From Eledone cirrhosa (Eukaryota), in contig OZ024748.1 of the NCBI GenBank assembly GCA_964016885.1, positions 3,410,001-3,474,000 on the forward strand: a DNA stretch of 64,000 nt. Direction: 5' to 3'. Below, in pieces: positions 43,402 to 55,431 of the stretch. The notes beneath the pieces were generated by a model. That model saw only the letters and a list, made by a program, of their open reading frames with translations. It had not been told where the DNA came from and ran no database searches. The position numbers and the translations under genes were made by a program. The number at the start of each line of letters is the position of its first letter. Within the stretch, counting starts at the first letter, position 1.

Positions 43402-44169
43402 ATACATATACACACTCACACATACAGTGTAATCTCGGCATTATAATAAATAATTATGCTCTACTTTGGTATTGAGCACTTTTCCCTCAAGTTTGTAAGT
43501 TCCAACAAACAAATGTGTCTGCATGTGAGTGTGTGTCTGCATGTGAGTGTGTGTGTGTCTCTATGTGTGTGTGTATGTATGCATGTGTGTGTGTGTGTGT
43601 CTGCATATGTGAGCATGTGTGTGTGTGTGTGAGCGTGTGTGTGTGTGAGCGTGTGTGTGTTGAGAAAGAAAAAACATTTTGAGAATGAAATAAAAGAAAA
43701 AAGATGAGGGGAGAGGCAGAGAGAGAGAAAGAGGGAGAGACTGGTTGAGAGCAAGAGGGAGAGACTGGTTGAGAGCAAGAGGGAGAGACTGGTTGAGAGC
43801 AAGAGGGAGAGGCAGAGAGAGAGAAAGAGGGAGAGACTGGTTGAGAGGGAGAGGCAGAGAGAGAGAAAGAGGGAGAGACTGGTTGAGAGCAAGAGGAAGA
43901 GGCAGAGAGAGAGAAAGAGGGAGAGACTGGTTGAGAGCAAGAGGGAGAGGCAGAGAGAGAGAGAGAAAGAGACTGGTTGAGAGCAAGAATCCATAAGAAA
44001 TATTGAGGCAGTAAATGTTTTTTTCTTGCTAAAATTAAGTTCCTTTTAACATTATCAGCTTTCTTGTAAAGTAAGAAATATTTCCCTATCAATTAATTTC
44101 AGTTGTTCACAAAAAAACTGGAATTTAAATAGAATTGGGAGGGAGTTTTTATATATAATTATTTAGTAA

Positions 44170-44458
44170 AGGTTGTGTGGCTTAGTGGTTAAAGTGTTGG
44201 GTTACAGTTGTGAGGATGTGGTTTAGTGGTTAAAGTGTTGGGTTTACAGTTGTGAGGTTGTGGTTTAGTGGTTAGAGTGTTGGGTTTACAGTTGTGAGGT
44301 TGTGGTTTAGTGGTTAGAGTGTTGGGTTTACAGTTGTGAGGTTGTGGTTTAGTGGTTAGAGTGTTGGGTTTACAGTTGTGAGGTTGTGGTTTAGTGGTTA
44401 GAGTGTTGGGTTTACAGTTGTGAGGTTGTGTGGTTTAGTGGTTAAAGTGGTGGGTTTA
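44170..44458 (+). repeat. 42-bp tandem repeat (~7 copies) of a SINE tRNA head/A box
   Basis: tgtggtttagtggttagagtgttgggtttacagttgtgaggt versus SINE head tgtggctgagtggttagagaattgg...gaggttgtg at 45121. Confidence 0.85.
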
Positions 44459-44633
44459 TGGTTTCACTCAGTCAGTAAAAGAGGTCTGGGGATCTCGTCG
44501 AATCAGACTAAAGAAAAAAAAAAGGCTGAGAAACCAGACTGAAGACATGGCTGTACCATTGCGGAGATGGGCTTCAGTCCCATTGTGTGGCACCTTAGGC
44601 AAGTGTCTTCTTCTGTAGCCTCAGGTGTGTGTA

Positions 44634-44666
<33 letters not shown>

Positions 44667-45114
44667 CATAGATTGAGTTATAAACTCAAAATAGTCTTTT
44701 ACAATTAAATAGCTCAAAGAAGGGTATCTTTCCGAGCCGTGTAATATAATTGGATATATGAGAGGGATGAACACAGAATTGTAAATGACCAAGTTAGCTA
44801 GGTTGAAAAAATACTAATTTAAAACAATATGGTTTGCCTGACTCAATTTAACATAATAAATCAATAAAAATAACAAACCTATATCGGACAATAGCCTTTG
44901 ATACCCCAGACAGACCAAAATCTGTTTCACAAGAATTATTAAGTGAAAGCCAGAATTCCTGTGCTCATCTGCAGGTATCCAGGAAAATTTGTACCTTTCA
45001 CTTCAAAAGATCTAAGAAGACAAAGATATGCTGATATAAACACACGTCGCAGAGCCTAGCACGTCTAATATTCATGCTGCTAAAAATACGCCTTCATATA
45101 TATATATATATATG

Positions 45115-45330
45115 AAGGCTTGTGGCTGAGTGGTTAGAGAATTGGATCCACATCTTGAGGTTGTGAGTTCGATTCCTGGACTGGGCGATGCGTTATGTCC
45201 TTGAGCAAGACACTTTATTTCTCGTTGCTCCTTCTACCTGGAGTTGCAACAGATAGATAGTACCAGAAACTGGAAAGGGCAATGAAAACATTCTTTCCTC
45301 GGTCCGATTTGTCGAAAGTCGATCGATCCT
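45115..45330 (+). mobile_element. Full-length tRNA-derived SINE family B
   Basis: A box tggctgagtgg, B box agttcgattcc, core tgtccttgagcaagacacttta, tail ctcggtccgatttgtcgaaagtcgatcgatcc. Confidence 0.8.
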
Positions 45331-45343
45331 TTTATAAATATAT

Positions 45344-45417
<74 letters not shown>

Positions 45418-45552
45418 GTTAAACAAGGTTCAATGAATAAATCAAAGAATGAGTTTTACAATAGATTGGAAGCACTCAACAGTATTGGTTTTCCGAAGTT
45501 ATTAATATTAATTCAAAATATTAACAAAAATAGAACTTCTTGTGATCAAGTA

Positions 45553-45619
45553 TATTTTATTATACATATTTCAGAGGTACTGAGCTAACTTCAACAGTAC
45601 GTCCTCATCAGATAAAATA
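45553..45619 (-). ncRNA. Type I hammerhead ribozyme (family A, left arm of palindrome 1)
   Basis: Minus: tattttat-CTGATGA-ggacgtactg[ttgaagttagct]cagtacctct-GAA-ATATGTAT-A-ataaaata; 8-bp stem I, long stem II, quasi-palindromic stem III. Confidence 0.75.
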
Positions 45620-45678
45620 AGATGATGCATGACTGGATTTTAACCATCTACTATGTCAGGGTTTGTTATGCATCATCT

Positions 45679-46090
45679 TATTTTATCTGATGAGGATGTA
45701 CTGTTGAAGTTAGCTCAGTACCACTGAAATCATCATCATCATCGTTTAACGTCCATCTTCCACGCTAGCATGGGTTTGGACGGGGATTTTCCCACTTGAG
45801 GCAAGATTGGTTGTCTTGCTCAGGACTGCCTGGCGGGTTATCTACGGCTGGATGCCCTTCCTAACACCAACCACGTTTACAGTGTGGACTGGGAGGTTTT
45901 TACCGTGTTACCAACACGGCCACATTACGGCGTGGAGTGTGTGTTTTTTTGTCGTGACACCTACACGACCTCATTTGTTTAGGACTGGATGTTGTGGTAC
46001 CAACATAACATTACATCAAAAGGGGTGGTGTGGATGGAGTGGGGGTAGTGGGACGGGGGTGTATTTTTGTTAAGAATGTATAATAAAATA
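45679..46090 (+). ncRNA. Type I hammerhead (right arm of palindrome 1) split by an RTE-tail insertion
   Basis: CTGATGA 45687, GAA 45726, then insertion 45731-46075, then atgtataataaaata resumes at 46076. Confidence 0.65.
45731..46075 (-). mobile_element. RTE-LINE 3' UTR insertion with (GAT)n tail
   Basis: Closely similar to 47888-48250. Confidence 0.85.
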
Positions 46091-46131
46091 TACTTGATCA
46101 CAAGATGTTCTATTTTTGTTAATATTTTGAA

Positions 46132-46194
<63 letters not shown>

Positions 46195-46616
46195 TAGAAT
46201 TGCAAAAAAAAAAAGAAATACTCTAATGAGAGATTTTTTTTTTAAATTGAAGATGTTTTTAATGGGGAAGATTTTAAAACAGTGCCAGCTAATGCAATTC
46301 CAATCTACATTGACCTCAATAATTTATGGAATTCTCTTTAAAGAAATGAAACTAAAATCAGTGAAAAGTGAAGTTCTATTTGTTTCTTATTTTTCCTACT
46401 TAGCAGCAATAAAAAAATATATACATATACTATATACATATATATATATACTCACACAGACACATATATATACACACACATGCCCATATATATGCGTGAG
46501 TGTGTGTGTCTGTATCTGTGTGTGTGTGAGAATCCCGGGTTCAATCAGGGGTAACCACAGTAAATAAGGTACTCAATACATTAGTAGAGTGTAAACATCA
46601 AGTTTAACATAGAATA

Positions 46617-46666
46617 GCTTCTACAGGACTAGAAGTGTTTCATTCAAAAGAAATCATCAGGAAAAC
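46617..46666 (-). ncRNA. Type I hammerhead motif (family B), paired with a plus-strand core at 46668-46716
   Basis: Minus: tttc-CTGATGA-tttc[tttt]gaat-GAA-ACAC-ttctagtc-CTGT-A-gaag; plus: CTGATGA 46668...GAA-ACAG-ttctagtc-CTGT-A-gaagc. Confidence 0.6.
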
Positions 46667-47024
46667 ACTGATGATTTCTTCTGAATGAAATGAAACAGTT
46701 CTAGTCCTGTAGAAGCCATTTCCATATTAAACCTGATATATATAGAAGTAGTTCCACAACAGATAGTTCACCATACCGACAACAAATGTTTCACCTCATC
46801 CGGATTCTCAGCTCGGTCTAATATACATGACAACCCTAATATATATATATACATGACAACCTTTAATTTAATTTTGGATATATATATATATGCAGAGGTT
46901 GTATTTAATTTGTTGGGATTCAACAAGCTTAAAAATGTTATAACTGATATAAAGCACTCAACAAGTTAGTGGAGTAAATACACAATATATTAATAAGTGG
47001 AAACTATATTTATAAAACCATATT

Positions 47025-47090
47025 TATTTTATTATACATATTTCAATGGCCACCAAGGCAAATTATGGTGCACTTTCATCAGATAAAATA
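47025..47090 (-). ncRNA. Type I hammerhead (family A, left arm of palindrome 2)
   Basis: Minus: tattttat-CTGATGA-aagtgcacca...tggtggccatt-GAA-ATATGTAT-A-ataaaata; stem II partly mismatched. Confidence 0.65.
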
Positions 47091-47202
47091 CAGATTTGGT
47101 TTATAAATAAATATTGACATACCCCGAAAAAAAGACAACCTTAACGGTTGGAGCTTCCTTTTTTTTCCGGGTATGTAAATATTTATTTATAAAACAAATC
47201 TG

Positions 47203-47268
47203 TATTTTATCTGATGAAAGGGCACCATAATTTACTTTGGTTGCCCTTGAAATATGTATAATAAAATA
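47203..47268 (+). ncRNA. Type I hammerhead ribozyme (family A, right arm of palindrome 2)
   Basis: tattttat-CTGATGA(47211)-aagggcacca[taatttactt]tggttgccctt-GAA(47249)-ATATGTAT-A(47260)-ataaaata. Confidence 0.8.
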
Positions 47269-47533
47269 AATATGGTTTTATAAATATAGTTTCCATTTGT
47301 TAATATATGTATATATATATATATACATATATATATATACATATATACATATATTTTTTTCGGAATGTTTTTGACTGCTGTTTCTTGTAAACAAACATTT
47401 GTCTCATTCTGACGTCAATAGCCATGTATTTCCTCATGTGCGTTTTTCATAATCACGCATGATGTTGAACTGGCCAGCTTTAAAATTCCCTTTTTGGCAT
47501 ATTAATCTGTGAGAGTCCTGGTTATCGAGTTGA

Positions 47534-47605
47534 GCTCTGCTGATGATGAATTCCAACCGTGACCACTAAAGTTTTCATGAAATAGTCTTTAAGACTATAC
47601 AGAGC
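47534..47605 (+). ncRNA. Type I hammerhead ribozyme (third family)
   Basis: gctctg-CTGATGA(47540)-tgaa...ttcat-GAA(47579)-ATAGTC[tttaa]GACTAT-A(47599)-cagagc; perfect 6-bp stems I and III. Confidence 0.75.
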
Positions 47606-47887
47606 ATTTGAAGTTTTTTCAAAATTGAAGGATAAGTATTTTAGACTTTATTTTATCATGAGTTAAGGCTCTATTGATTTTTCCCTGGATTTCACTAAAT
47701 TCTGTGGATGAATCTATATCCTGATTCTATTTGAGATGAGTTTGAATTAATTTTCCCACATCTTACGTTAACTACTTTTCCCATTTTGACTCTATAGTCA
47801 CTTATATATTATGGAATGCTGTTCGCTTTTCGCTGCAGTGTTTTCTAAAGAAATATATGTATATATGTATATATATATATATATATA

Positions 47888-48402
47888 TCATCATCATCAT
47901 CATCATCATCAACGTTTAACGTCCGTGTTCCACGCTTGCATGGGTTTGGACGGGGGTAGTCCCACTTGAGGCAAGAGTGATTGTCTTGCTCGCATAGGAC
48001 TGTCTGGCAGGTTTTTTACAGTTGGATGCCCTTCCTAACACCAACCACATTTACAGTGTGGGTCTGGGAGGTTTTTACCGTGTTGCCTACACGGCCACAT
48101 TACAGCATGGACTGTGTTTTTTTGTCGTGACACCTACACGATCTCATTTGTTTCGGCCTGGATGGCGCGGCACCAACATAACTTTACATAGAACGGGGTG
48201 GTGTGGATGGGGTGGGGGTGGTGGCGGGACGGGGTGTATTTTGTTAGAGATGCCTACTGGCAAGGCGGGTCTTCTCTGTTACTGAGTACCGCCAAAGGTC
48301 TCGGTCCAGTGACATTGTCTTGGAGAGGTGTAAGTGTGTGAGGTCGGAGTTTATCAGCTCATCCCATGTTTTTCTAGGTCTGCCTATTCCGTGGCTACCG
48401 TC
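47888..48402 (-). mobile_element. 5'-truncated RTE LINE (ORF end, 3' UTR and (GAT)n tail)
   Basis: [38 protein letters not shown] matches the C-terminus of ORF 59807..60262. Confidence 0.85.
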
Positions 48403-48463
48403 TATATATATATATATACATATATATATATACATATACATATATATATATACATATATATAC

Positions 48464-48495
<32 letters not shown>

Positions 48496-48505
48496 ATATA
48501 TATAC

Positions 48506-48554
<49 letters not shown>

Positions 48555-48575
48555 CATATACATATATATATATAC

Positions 48576-48620
<45 letters not shown>

Positions 48621-48651
48621 CATATACATATATATATATACATATATATAC

Positions 48652-48683
<32 letters not shown>

Positions 48684-48693
48684 ATATATATAC

Positions 48694-48826
<133 letters not shown>

Positions 48827-49411
48827 GTATAGGATTATCCAAGATGTAGTAATGGTTAATTACTACACTGGATATGGTTGACGTACGGTAAGAGGTTACC
48901 CTACGAGTTATGGAAGAATTGTTGAAGAAACTTAGTTCCTGATCCTTCTGTATTCCGGAGTGTATATAAAGAATGAATAATAACAGGTAGACATCATAAA
49001 AAGGTAATTTATTCCGTGTGCTTACAAGTGTTTCCACGGTGGTACTGCAGCCTAGTTATGCTATGTGCAAATTCACAAGTACTTGCAGAACTCAAATATC
49101 CAATGCTGTGACCACTGTTTCCTCAGAGCAGAATGGTATAATGTACAATGTAAATACCCTTAAGTGGGGTTGTTGGGGAAGATAGAGTAGAAAAGGAAGA
49201 GAGAAAAGTAGGGAAGAGGGAGAGAGAAAGAAAGATATGCAGGGGTTGGAGAAGTAGGAGAGAGTGGCTTGTAGATATCTTAATCAAAATGTTATGGTAG
49301 GGGTTTTATTATACTGGTTACTTTTGGAGAGATGCGTTGATAGTTAAGGTCGGAATTATTTATTGCCCCAAAGGGCAGGTTCATAGATGTTGAGAGGGAG
49401 GTAGGCCAATA

Positions 49412-49448
<37 letters not shown>

Positions 49449-49539
49449 TAATATATGTCAGAGCTACGAGAGACCTGCTCTCTATCCAGCACCTATATTA
49501 TGTCAACCAAGGGACCTCGTTCTCCTCCTCTTCCACACA

Positions 49540-50535
49540 CAGGTATCAGATACACACACACACACACGTGTCAGGTACACACACACAGGTATCAGGTACA
49601 CACACACAGGTATCAGGTACACACACACAGGTATCAGGTATACACACACACACACAGGTATCAGGTACACACAGACACAGGTATCAGGTACACACACACA
49701 CAGGTATCAGGTACACACACACAGGTATCAGGTACACACACACACAGCTATCAGGTACACACACAGGTATCAGGTACACACACAGGTATCAGGTACACAC
49801 ACACAGGTATCAGGTACACACACACAGGTATCAGGTACACACACACACAGCTATCAGGTACACACACAGGTATCAGGTACACACACAGGTATCAGGTACA
49901 CACACACAGGTATCAGGTACACACACACAGGTATCAGGTACACACACACACAGCTATCAGGTACACACACAGGTATCAGGTACACACACACAGGTATCAG
50001 GTACACACACACAGGTATCAGGTACACACACACAGGTATCAGGTACACACACAGGTATCAGGTACACACACACAGGTATCAGGTACACACACACAGGTAT
50101 CAGGTACACACACACGTGTCAGGTACACACACACAGCTATCAGGTACACACACAGGTATCAGGTACACACACACACAGCTATCAGGTACACACACAGGTA
50201 TCAGGTACACACACACACACACACAGGTATCAGGTACACACACACAGGTATCAAGTACACACACACACAGGTATCAGGTACACATACACAGATATCAGGT
50301 ACACACACACACACACAGGTATCAGGTACACACACACAGGTATCAGGTACACACACACACAGGTATCAGGTACACACACAGGTATCAGGTACACACACAC
50401 AGGTATCAGGTACACACACACAGGTATCAGGTACACACACACAGGTATCAGGTACACACACACAGGTATCAGGTACACACACACACACACATGTATCAGG
50501 TACACACACACAGTTATCAGGTACACACACACATA
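49540..50535. repeat. caggtatcaggta(ca)n minisatellite, ~45 copies
   Basis: Direct reading. Confidence 0.9.
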
Positions 50536-50877
50536 CTTCACCATGTTACCATATTTTCTAATGAAGTACATTCTATTTCAATTAATTAAAAATTTTGAGA
50601 GATTTACTAAAATTATTAATTATTTCATTATTAGATAATAACTTAACAAATGGCTTCTATATGAAATTATGTTTGGAAATTTAAATATAAACCCCTTAAA
50701 ATTGTATTTCATAGGACTGGACCCAGCGCTGGGTTAAGCCAGCTATTCAAAGGGTTAACTACTTTATTACTTCCATTAAGGTACCAGATTGTCCAAGGGC
50801 AGGACAGCCAGAAAATGAGACATTATCAAGTGTGTTTTGTGGTGGTAATTAATTAGTGGAATAAAACTGACACTTAA

Positions 50878-51595
50878 TTCTTTAGCATTTAAACCGGTCA
50901 TATCCAGCCAGAATTCTCTCACCTCTTTCTCTGTTCAAACCAACTTTAACCGGTTGCTTTTACTTATGTTAAGGTATTCAAAGTAAAAACCTACTACAGT
51001 CAGTAGGCATCTCTATCAAAACACACCCCCGTCCCACCACCTCCACCCCACCCACACCGCCCCTTTCAATGTAAAGTTATGTTGGTCCCACAACATCCAG
51101 GCCGAAACAAATGAGATCGTGTAGGTGTCACGACAAAAAACACACAGTCCACGCTGTAAATGTGGCCGTGTAGGCAACACGGTAAAAACCTCCCAGCCCC
51201 ACACTGTAAATGTGGTTGGTGTTAGGAAGGGCATCCAGCTGTAGAAAACCCGCCAGACAGTCCACGCTGTAATGTGGCCGTGTAGGCAACACGGTTAAAA
51301 ACCTCCCAGCCCCACACTGTAAATGTGGTTGGTGTTAGGAAGGGCATCCAACTGTAGAAAACCCGCCAGACAGTCCTATGCGAGCAAGACAACCACTCTT
51401 GCCTCTAGTGGGAAAACCCCCGTCCAAACCCATGCAAGCGTGGAACACGGACGCTAAACCTGATGATGATGATGATGATGATGATTGTTCTCAAAATAAA
51501 TAATATCAAAATCTCATAGATTCGATATTATGTGAGGTAAAGACTTTACCACAAAAATACAATAGTAAATATAGAGTAATGTAAATGGTAAAGGG
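50878..51595. mobile_element. piggyBac-type MITE interrupted by an RTE 3' fragment (~50979-51483, +)
   Basis: MITE sequence breaks at aaggtatt and resumes gttctcaaaataaat after the (GAT)n tail; ends aaaggg-TTAA. Confidence 0.8.
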
Positions 51596-51905
51596 TTAAT
51601 GTGTTCTTAATGTGTTCATCTCTTAACTATTTTGATACCAACTTGTCTAAAACTACCTCTGGTTCTATGAAACAAACTTATTTTAAAGGATTCCTATTAA
51701 CCCTTTACCATTTACATTACTCTATATCTACTGTTGTATTTTCGCAGTAAAGGCTTTACCTCACATAATTATCTTACATAATATCAACTCTATGAGACTT
51801 TGATATTATTTATTTTGAGAACACTACCTTAATATCAGTATGAGTGGCCAGTTACATCGGTGGGAGATGTAAGTTCAATTTTTTTCCACACACAGACACA
51901 CACAA

Positions 51906-51946
<41 letters not shown>

Positions 51947-53044
51947 ATCACACACACAAATACATATATATATACACACACACAATCACAGACACACTCA
52001 CACACACAAATACATATATATACACACACACAATCACACATATAACACACACACACATTCATACATACACAGACACCCACAGAGACACTCACACAAGGAC
52101 ACACACACACACACACATATGTATCGAAATTATCCAGTATGTTTCTGAATACAGACAGAGAGAGGAAAGTCTTGAAAACAGCAGAAAGAGAAGAAATAAG
52201 CGAAAAAGAAGAACCATTTCTCTCTCCAGCAACATTTAACATAACAATAAGTGTTTTGGCTTGTATTTCAAACAAAAAGGTTTCCATGGTAACTTAAATA
52301 CCAATCAATAAATATAGGAAATGAATCAACTGCTGTGAAAAGAAGAAGAGCAGGAGTTTGATAATGTTAGAAATGACATTAATAATAGCAACATGAGAAA
52401 ACAAGACTACTTTTTAATAGCTTAATTTCACTTGGTTCTCTTCTCTTCTCATTACCAACCAACTAACTAACCAGCCAGCCAACCAACCAACCAGCCAGCC
52501 AACCTGCCAGCCATTCAGTCAGGCAACCAACCAACCAACTAACCACCAACCAACCATCCAACCATCAACCAACCATCCAACCACCAACGAACCATCCATC
52601 CAACCACCCAACCAAATAGAACCCAACCAGCACCCAACCACCCTTTGCTATCATTGTAACACCCCCACCCCCACCCCTACTACATATTTCAATATTTGAA
52701 ATATGCTACACTTAATTATAATCATTAAGTCGAAGAAAAAATATATTTTTTTATTTTTAAATTTATATTTTTATAAAAATTTAACTCCCCGCTTCCCCTA
52801 AAAAATGGTTTAGCTTAAAGAATAGAGAGGGAGAGAAAGAGAGAAGTAAAGGGAGACGTAGAGAGAGGGGGTAGAAGTAAAGGGAGAAAGAGAGAGTGAG
52901 TAGCAGAGAGAGAGAGTGATAGAGAGAGAGTGATAAAAAGAGAGAATGAGTAGTGGGGGGGGGGGGGGGAAGAGAGGGTGACAAAGTGATAGAGAGGGGA
53001 GAGAGAGTGATAGGAAAGAGAAGTCAACATCTCTCTTAATTATA

Positions 53045-53470
53045 ATAATGGTTTCTGATTTAGGCACAAGGCCAGCAATTACCCCAGTACATTACTGGTA
53101 CTTTATTCTATCGACCCCGTAAGGATGAAAGGCAAAGTTAACCTTGGCGGGATTTGAACTTAGAATGGAAAGGGCCATAACTCTATGCGTCAAAGCATGG
53201 CGTCCGTCCCTCTACCGATACTACCAAATAATAATTGTTTCTACTTTTGGCACAAAGCCAGCAATTACCCAATACATTACTGGTACTTTATTTTATCGAC
53301 CCCGTAGGGATGGTTTCTGATTTAGGCACAAAGCCAAAGATTTTGTGGGGTAGGGGAAATTTGATTAAATCGACCCTGGTGCATTACTGGTACTTTATTT
53401 TATCGACCCTGTAAAAATGAAAGGCAAAGCTAACCTCTGCGGGATTTGAACTCGGAACATAAAGTTTGAA
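53045..53470 (-). mobile_element. Cluster of about three SINE family A copies
   Basis: ctggtactttatt(c/t)tatcgacccc core occurs three times. Confidence 0.75.
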
Positions 53471-53554
53471 ATAATAATGCTATCCAACTCACTGCTTAAA
53501 AACATATCTCTCTCATAGATATATAGAGAGATAGAGAGAGAGAGATGAGGGTTG

Positions 53555-53595
<41 letters not shown>

Positions 53596-54108
53596 GAAAA
53601 GATTCAGGACCCCGACAGCTGAGCTCCGGCCATTTCAAAGCTAGATCCAAACTGAAGCGCCAGTATTCAAACAGCAGGAATCTAGATGAAATTATCAAGG
53701 GCTCCTGAATCATTTCATATTACCCACTCTACTACCCCAAGTATCGAGTACTCTGGTGGGTTATGGTCCACCTGGTATTTTACCACACCCTATCTGATAT
53801 ATATGTATATGTATGTATTTATATCAAATATTGAGTTATAAACTCAAAATAGTCTTTTACAATTACAATTGTATGTATTTATATAAACTGCAAAGTGGTC
53901 GTGGAGGTGTCACGGCAAAAAATCACCCAGCACTCACTGTAAATGAGGTTGTTATTAGGAAGGGCATCCAGCTGGAGAAACCAAGCCAAAATCAGTTCCT
54001 GTATGAGCAAGACATGGTCACCCGATCTGGCATTGCCCACAACAGGACAACCCGTCTAACCCATGCTAGCGTGGAAGAATGGACGTAAAACGACGGTGAT
54101 GATGATGA

Positions 54109-54160
<52 letters not shown>

Positions 54161-54189
54161 CATCATCATCACCATTTAACATCTACTTT

Positions 54190-55330
54190 CATCCGTGAAA
54201 AGTACATTTGGGATTCACTGATGATCAGTTGATGAATGTGGAGAATGAGTTGAAGGAAGGGGGACTAACCCCAGTAGACTCAACAGTTACAGGATCAAAG
54301 AAGGAAACGAAAGAGATGGAAAATAGTAAAGCTGCTGGATCATGAGAGATAGTCACTGAGATACTGAGAACATCTGATGAAGTAGGGGTAAAGCTAGATG
54401 CCTTCCATAGTGTATTAGGTAATACATGATGGGGGTCATACCTAATGATTGGTGTAGCAATAGAATCATTTATTATTACAAGGGACAAAGTTATGTATTA
54501 TTGATAGAAAGGAGCAACTAGTGAGACATTAACCCATTACCATTTAAACCTGCCATATCTGGCCAGAACTCTATCACCTCTTTCTGTTCAAACTGGTCGT
54601 AACTTGCTACTCATACTGACTTTAAGGTATTGTTCTCAAAATAAATAACATCAAAATCTCATAGATTCGATATTATGAGAGATAAATACAATAGTATATA
54701 TAGAGTAATGTAAATGCTAAAGGGTTAAACTGGCTGTAACTGGCTGCTCATACTGATGTTAAGGTATTGTTCTCAAATAAATAATATCAAAATCTCGCAG
54801 ATTCGATATTATGTGAGATAATTATGTGATATGAAATAAAGTGTTTAGCATAAAAATACAATAGTAAATATAGAGTAATGTAAATGCTAAAAGGTTTAAC
54901 AGATGGATCAAGTTATGAAAGTGATGGTAAATGTTGTTTTAACACCACTAAAGAAAATAGTCAAATTAGTTGAGATGCAGTTTGGTTTTGTGCCAGGAAG
55001 ATGCATTATAGATACTCTCGTTTTAGTGAGACAACTACAGAAAATTCCTAGCTAAGTGTAATCTGCTAAATCTAACTTTCAGTGATCTGAAGAAGGCCTT
55101 TGACAGAGTTCCATGATATATTATCTGCTGGTACTTGAGGATAGATGAATGGTTTATGAGAACAGTGCAAATGATGTACACAGGTGCTGTCAACAAAGTT
55201 AGAGTAGCTAATGAATTCAGTGAGAAATTCAATCGACAGGTGAGTGTTCATCAGAGCTCAGTTCTGTTTATAATAATCCTCCAAGACATAGAGGAGGAAA
55301 TTCTTGGATGCTAATAAACTGGTTCTTATA
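54190..55330 (+). pseudogene. Old degenerate RTE reverse transcriptase fragment, interrupted by piggyBac-type MITEs (54533-54895)
   Basis: Broken frames read MQFGFVPGR, FSDLKKAFDRVP and a GVHQGSVL-like motif; many stops. Confidence 0.7.
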
Positions 55331-55431
55331 GCTAAATAATTATTTCTATAAGCTTTGATATCTAACAAAGGATTTGTTCTAGTTCATGTCAACATGAAAG
55401 AGTCCTCATCATCATCATCATTGTTATTATT

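Noticed and set aside
45115-45200. tRNA gene
   Set aside because: A and B boxes are present but there is no complete cloverleaf, and it continues into a SINE core and tail found in multiple copies
49455-50638. QVSGTHT-repeat proteins
   Set aside because: Variable-length (CA)n minisatellite read in three frames
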